From the human T2T-CHM13v2.0 reference genome, Homo sapiens, in assembly GCF_009914755.1 (NCBI RefSeq), contig NC_060929.1: a stretch of DNA of 64,000 nt; one strand, 5' to 3'. Numbering within the stretch: position 1 is the stretch's first letter; every line of letters starts with the position of its first letter. Position numbers and translations under genes: made by a program. The notes below the pieces were generated by a model. It was not told where the DNA came from and made no database searches. It saw only the letters and a program-made list of their open reading frames with translations. Shown here piece after piece: positions 57,776 to 64,000 of this stretch.

Positions 57776-58884
57776 ATATTAGTAAGTTGTTTGAACATTT
57801 CCTTCTTTGCAAAATGGAATTATTATGGATATAGGTATCATTCTTCTGGAAGGTATAATTGATCTGGGAAAAGAAAAGGGTCAATTTGTGTGTGGGGTGT
57901 TGCCTTTGTTCCTGAAAGTTCCACATAGAAGAATCTTTTAAACTCACATTGACACCATCCATGCTGATTTTGTCTGATCAGAGAGTATTTCCTAACTCAC
58001 GGCTTTCTCTTCTCAGACAAAAGACAGCTGTTTTCCTGATTCATGGCCCAACCCACTGTGCTCATGGCGGCCCTCCCAGCATGGCTATGGAGGGTCCATT
58101 GAACATAATGAAAGGCGCTCAGCTCCAAACAATTACAAAAACAAATGATGATGAACTGCTTCATGCCCTCCTCTGCTGTGTAACTCCTCATCTGCTGTTA
58201 GCTTGAAAAGCATCCTGTGGTAGAAATGTGATTGCACTTTCAACAGTCAGACAAAGAAAACACAAGTGGCTTCCTCCAAAGGCTACAAAGAGGGTAATTC
58301 TCTTTGTTTAAGTGTTAGACACAAATTAAGTTCAAATTCTCTCAAACAATAAAATGCTACTTTTTTTTCTAGAGCTCATATTTTAAGATTTGCTTAAATA
58401 TGACTCTCTTTGAAGGTTTATATTTAACCACTTTGCATTTTGAGAGAGAGCTAACTAAGCATGCTCTGCCTCTAAGCCAAAGAGGTTGAGTCAAAAAATA
58501 GCAATTAAGAATAGTCTTTGTGTTCGGAATTACTTTTTGGTTGTTGTTATCTTGACCCAATGCATTTTTTTCTTCATCTGCTAGAACATCTTGATTTTGC
58601 TTTGGCAAATAATTCTTCCAAAACTCTTAGTCCAAGTGATTTAGCTGGGATAAATCCACCCTGGGTACAAGAATGGAAACAATTCATAAGCTGCATCTAT
58701 CAGATTGTCTCTCTCTGGAATTTTCATCTTGCTTGGAGTAACTCAAAGGCTGAAACAGTAATATGTGATGGTGAGTCCAAAAGAGATTGTCCATTTGTTT
58801 TTGTTACTAAAGCTCCCAGAGGCCCCAGTTTCATGTGCTTTCAGAGACCTACTTCTTAAGCCTCTCTTTCAATTGTATGAGCTA

Positions 58885-59484
58885 TTCTATGTTCTTAAAA
58901 TTCTTTTAATTATCTGTTGATACATAACATAACACTTCTGAGTTTAGTGGCAATGATTTTATTAAACTTATGGTTCTATAAGTCAGAAATTGGGACACAG
59001 CACAGAGGGGATGGCAGGTCTTACTGGATGGCTTGATGAGTTTAAGTTCTGGCTATTAGCTGGATTCCTCACTTCCTCTCCACATCACATCTATTGGGTC
59101 TAGAATATATAAGATGGTTTCTTAATTCACATAACTGGCATCTTGGCAGGGTTGGCTGGAATAGCTGGGGCTGTCTGGCCATCTCTTTTTCTCCATATGC
59201 CCCCTCACATGATGAGTTTGCCTTCCCCACAGCACATCAATTCACAGAATAGTCCAACTTCTTACATAATGGTTGACTTTCATTCAAGCAGGTGTACCAA
59301 AAGTCCAAGGTGCAAAATCTCTTCTAAGTATGCCTCAGCAGTCAAATAGCCTTTATTTTGTTGAACTGCATTAGTTACAAGTGAGTCACAGAATGAGTCC
59401 AGGTTAAAGGGGAGATAACTTCACAAGAACATGAGTAGTTGGCAATGTGGTTCTTTCAGGTGTCTTTGGAGACTATCTAACACA
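58885..59484 (-). mobile_element. MLT1 (H/I-like) MaLR LTR
   Basis: tcagaaattgggacacagcacagagggg...tctttggagactatctaacaca. Confidence 0.6.
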
Positions 59485-59835
59485 TCAGTAAATTCCTTTG
59501 GAACTTCAGTTTTGTTTCTTACAACTACATGACTCCAATTTTCCCAATCCATACCATGTTTTGGGGAATCTGTGATAGTGTTTCTCAGATTTTAAATTTC
59601 ACATAACGAAACTAAAAATATTGCATCCTTACATTGGGTTATCACTTTTGAATTTTGCAAGTAAAAATATTAAAATATATATAATCTATTATCATTTAGT
59701 AAACAAAAGGAGATTTAATACTAAAATGTAGGGGAACCTAAACTCATAATGAGGAATAATCTGTTCATTTCTTTCTTTTAGGAAAAATGAACAATAAACA
59801 ATAATCAGCTCATTTATTTCTTTTAGAAACAATTC

Positions 59836-59910
59836 TTGTATTGTATTGTATTGTATTGTATTGTATTGTATTGTATTGTATTGTACTGTATTGTACTGTA
59901 TTGTATTGTA
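59836..59910. repeat. (TTGTA)15 pentanucleotide repeat in an Alu tail, two CTGTA variants
   Basis: Directly visible. Confidence 0.97.
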
Positions 59911-60104
59911 TTTTTTGAGACAGGGTCTTGCTCTGTCACCCAGGCTGGAGTGCAGCGGTGAGATGTTAGCTCTCTGCAACCTTCACCTCGGGGGTTCAAG
60001 CAGTTCTTGTGCCTCAGTCACCCAAGTAGCCAGGATTACAGGCATGATTGCCACCAAGCTCAGCTAATTTTTGTATTTTTAATAGAGACGGTGTTTTGTG
60101 ATGT
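59911..60104 (-). mobile_element. 5'-truncated AluJ-like element
   Basis: gagacagggtcttgctctgtcacccagg...; TSD aattcttgtatt (59831) / aattcatgtatt (60105). Confidence 0.88.
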
Positions 60105-60276
60105 AATTCATGTATTTTAAATGGAAAAAACAAGCTTTCTGAAAAAAACTCATATTTTCTTTCTTACATTGTTTAGAACAGTGGAAACTTTTTCTCTGGT
60201 TAGCAATAGTCTGCTGAAGTACTTTGGAAAACTAGAAGTGAAATGCCAAAGTGCATGATCCTTACAGGTTACCACA

Positions 60277-60336
60277 AGATAAAGATACAGATAAAGTCAC
60301 AAGGATACAGATAAAGGCACTAGATACAGATAAAGG
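60277..60336. repeat. short tandem array of a ~19-20 bp unit (gatacagataaag core, three copies)
   Basis: Directly visible. Confidence 0.75.
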
Positions 60337-60449
60337 TAAAAGGAGAATGGTGGTGTGGGAAAGCCATAATGGAGAAGGCAGGGAGGCAGAGGAGGCAGGA
60401 ACTCATTAAGGGTGGGAGAACAAAGAAGATGACAGAAAGGAAAAAGGAC

Positions 60450-60655
60450 AGATATTTGTTGAAATTTGCTAATGCCAGAAGTTTTAGATGTATTTAATTT
60501 AATCTTCATCACAGTACTCTGATGTAAGAATACATGCCCCATTTAAAGATAAGGAAGTAAGTTCAGAAAGCTTGAGCAAAGTCCTCAAGCTGTTAAGTGG
60601 CTGAATTAGGACGTGGATCAGGTTTGGTCTGAGGCCAAGGATTATTCCACAGTAA
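60450..60655 (-). mobile_element. MIR SINE relic
   Basis: tttaatcttcatcacag...ccccatttaaagataaggaagtaagttcagaaag. Confidence 0.7.
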
Positions 60656-60699
60656 TGAAGAATCCTGGAAGTGAGTTAAGCATCCAGACGTACAATGAA

Positions 60700-61200
60700 T
60701 ATGTAAGATACGTGAACTGAGCATCTATTGTGGTCTAGGGACAGAGGCTACAATAATGAAAAAAGACAGACATGTTTACCTCCAGGAAATGTGTAGTTTA
60801 GCATTGGATGATAGACAATGTAGTAGTAGTTACATGGCATTGTGATGAGTGCCATTGGGGAATGTGGAATCAGAATTCAAGAAGCTTTTAGAGCTAATCA
60901 GTGGTCCTCACTCTAATCAGGAGAGTCAAGAAAGGCTTCCCAGAGGAAAAAAGTATATATAGAGGTTAGCTAGGTGAAGAAGGAGTGTCTTTGGTGGGGC
61001 TGCAGGAGTCATAGGAAGGGGCTTTTCTGGAAAAATGGAGAAATCTGGAGCTAAGAAGTGGCAAGATAACTTTGAGGAGCTCCATGCAATTCAGTATGGT
61101 GAGAGTTAAGTGCCCGAGAGCCTGGACTAGTGGACATGGAGCGTTAGGCAGGTACTAGCTCAAGACAGGCTAGGGAACCATGATTGTTTTCCATTCTGTC
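60700..61200 (-). mobile_element. L2 LINE relic
   Basis: ctgagcatctattg...gtcaagaaaggcttcccagagga. Confidence 0.6.
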
Positions 61201-61944
61201 TAATGCTGAAAGTGGGAGGTGTGCTGTTGTTTTGCTTTTGCTGCAAGGACTCCTTTTGACAGCCCATAAAGCAATGATGGATGCCAAAAATAATACTTCT
61301 CGGCTTTTGTCACCTTGCTATATATTTTCCATACATTCTTAAGGGAAAATTTGAGTCACCAGCCATTAATAAACTTATAAGTATACTTGAGTGGTTCTGA
61401 GAAGAGCCGGTTATCTCCATTTCTTTGTCTCAGATTTTTGGTGAAATATTTTAATGTTTGCATGACCTTTAATCAAACATACTGCACTAGATCTCAGTAA
61501 ATTACTGCCTTCCTGTAAGTACTGTGGGCAGCGGCAAGGGGGGAGGGGAGGAACATAAAAGTACCATTAAAAAAAAGTCATCTTTTCATTTTTTTTTCTC
61601 CATGCAGTTTTTATTCCTGCCAGTCAAGAGTTTCTCCTCTCTCTTTTTTTTTTCCAGTTGTGCCTATGGAAATTAGGCAGGCTTTTATTAGCAATAAAAA
61701 ACTTCCAAGTTATCTTCTTTCTGGGTCTAATATATTTCCTACAGCCCTTCTCAGGCTATAAAAGGATTAAGTTCCTTGAAATCTCTAGTTCTTAATCATC
61801 ACTAGCTCATTAACATCACCCTTCTCTGATGGGCAGTGACACTGACCCAAAAACCAGGGTATATCTTCAAGTAAGTTTCTAAGTGAAGAAAACTAAACAC
61901 TTTTTTATTAGATGCTGGTCAATCTAACTTTAAGGAATAAGAAT

Positions 61945-62392
61945 TGCGTTCCTCTATTAGCTAGGACTCTTTTGGTTTCAAGTGATAGAAATCAACTCAA
62001 TCTGGCTTAAGCAAAAAATATAAATAAAGAAATAAGGACATTTATCGGTTTTGACAATGAGGGAATCCAGGAGTGCTCTGGCTTCAGGTCTGATTGGGTC
62101 CAGGCCCTCAAATTATAACACTAGAGCTTATATCCCTATCTTCTGGGTCTGCTTTGCTCTGTGTTTGCTTCAATTTTAGAATGTTCTAACCATGTGATGA
62201 TTGTATTGTGGTCTATGGACACAATATTCTTACTTGCTGGCATAGAGCTTGTGAAGGTAGAATTTGCATCCACTGTCTTAGAAATTATATAGACTAAGAG
62301 GTAGTAGGAATATCTTGGAATATCAAGATTTTATTACCAGAATAAAGGGGAATAGACAACAGAGAGGAGGAAATGACAGATTTCCCTATACA
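61945..62392 (-). mobile_element. old MLT1 (J/K/L-like) LTR
   Basis: ttagctaggactcttttggtttcaagtgatagaaatcaactcaatctggcttaagcaaaaa. Confidence 0.6.
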
Positions 62393-63146
62393 ATTACTTT
62401 TTTAAAGTAGTTTTAGGATTTATGATACATAAAATACAATAAAACCATCCTTTCATTTCACAGACAAGACAAGGCCTCATAATTCAGCCATTGTACTTTT
62501 GAGGTCCCAGGATTACAGATGCTGTGATAGATTCATGTGTAGAGTTCTACAGGTTTCATAGGAGAATTTTCTCTAAATAGAGCAAGGTTATTAAATAATG
62601 CAGTAATTACTTTGTCTCATTTTTCTTAGCCACATTGCTAATATTTTCATAAGGATGATATAGTTCTGATTTGGGAAGGAGAAAAGTCCAATAAATCCCA
62701 ACTTTCCAGCCCAATTACATTTCCTTTAGCAGCTTTTCTGTGCCTAAAAGGAATCCATTATCTTTTGCCTCATTAAGCACGTCTACATATAACACAAGAG
62801 CATTTTCTGGTAAGTGTACCTAAAACTCCGCAGGATGTCCATCAAGACCCGAGGTTCTGCCTGTAGAGGGATGCATAATGGTTCATTTTAGCTTTCCTGG
62901 AGTGACAGGCACTTTATTGTCGTCATTACTCATTGAAAGACTGAACACTCAAAATATTGCCATTTCTGCAGCTTAAGCAATACCAAAGGGAAGTTGGATT
63001 CTTCTTATTAAAAACAATGTAACGCCTTCATAATAGTCTTTGACTTAAATAGGTGTCTGTATCCTATGGCATAACACAATTGATGTTTTAAGGTCTTCAC
63101 TTACAGGAAGCAAAGACTGTCTCCCTATACTTCCCTAAATTTACGA

Positions 63147-63775
63147 TGCACAACCATGTTTATTGCAGCACTATTTGCAGCACTCAAAATTAGAAAGCAG
63201 TCTAAGTCTCTATCAACAGACAAATGGATAAAGAAAATATGGTACATTTGCACAATAAAGTACTATTTGGTCATAAAAAAAGAATGAGATCTTGGCATTT
63301 ATAACAACATGAGTAGAACTGGAGGTCATTATGTTAAGTGAAATAAGCCAGGCACAGAAAGACAAATTTTTCATGTTCTCACTTATTTGTGGGAGCTAAA
63401 AATTAAAGCAATTGAACTCATAGAAATAGAGAGTAGAACAGTGGTTACCAGAGGCTGGATGGTGTAGTGAGGAGTGAGTGGGAGAAATGGGGATAGATAA
63501 TGGGTACAACAATAGAGTTAGACAAAAAATAAAATAAAATCTAGTATTTGATAACATAACAGGTGACTATAGTCAACAATATTTTCTTGTATACTTAAAA
63601 ATAACTAAGTATAATTGGATTGTTTGTAACACAAAGAAAGAATAAGTGCTTGAGGTGATGAATGTCCCATTTACCCTGATGTGATTATTATGTACTGCAT
63701 CCCTGTATCAAAATACCTCATGTACCCCATACATATATACACCAGGATCCATAAAAATTTAAAAGCTGAAAAAAA
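63147..63775 (+). mobile_element. L1MA2/3-like 3' end
   Basis: ccatgtttattgcagcac...ctcacttatttgtgggagctaaaaatt...catttaccctgatgtgattatt. Confidence 0.9.
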
Positions 63776-63777
63776 TC

Positions 63778-64000
63778 GGCCAGACATGGTGGCTCCCACC
63801 TGTAATCCCAGCACTTTGGGAGGCTGAGGTGGGCAGATCACCTGAGGTCAGGAGTTTGAGACCAGCCTGGCCAACATGGTGAAACACCATCTCTACTAAA
63901 AATACAAAAATTAGCCAGGCGTGGTGGCGGACGCCTGTAATCCCAGCTACCCGGGAGGCTGAGGCAGGAGAATCGCTGGAACCCAGGAGGCAGAGGTAGC
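63778..64000 (+). mobile_element. AluS (Sx/Sz-like), cut by window end
   Basis: gatcacctgaggtcaggagtttgagaccagcctggccaac. Confidence 0.95.

Overview
Primate (human or great-ape-like) non-coding genomic DNA. It is AT-rich and CpG-depleted, with no CpG island, no recognisable host protein-coding exon and no RNA gene. Much of the window is interspersed repeat: many MIR and L2 relics, MaLR/ERVL LTRs, DNA-transposon relics, about nine Alu/FLAM copies, a near full-length old L1MA (-) at ~32.3-40.3 kb and a young 5'-truncated L1PA2-like element (+) at 46.3-49.8 kb. The only long ORFs are broken L1 ORF2. I found no support for a new gene system. The unusual signals are rearrangement scars. They are (1) a probable ~13 kb inversion that splits one L1MA2/3 element and has a TSD-less L1PA2 at its left breakpoint, (2) several locally templated insertions, (3) an ancient twin-primed L1 with an intact TSD, (4) shared rare variants between two inverted AluY copies and (5) a pentanucleotide repeat seeded from an Alu TSD. 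Repeat subfamily names come from recalled consensus sequences, and boundaries of old repeats are approximate.
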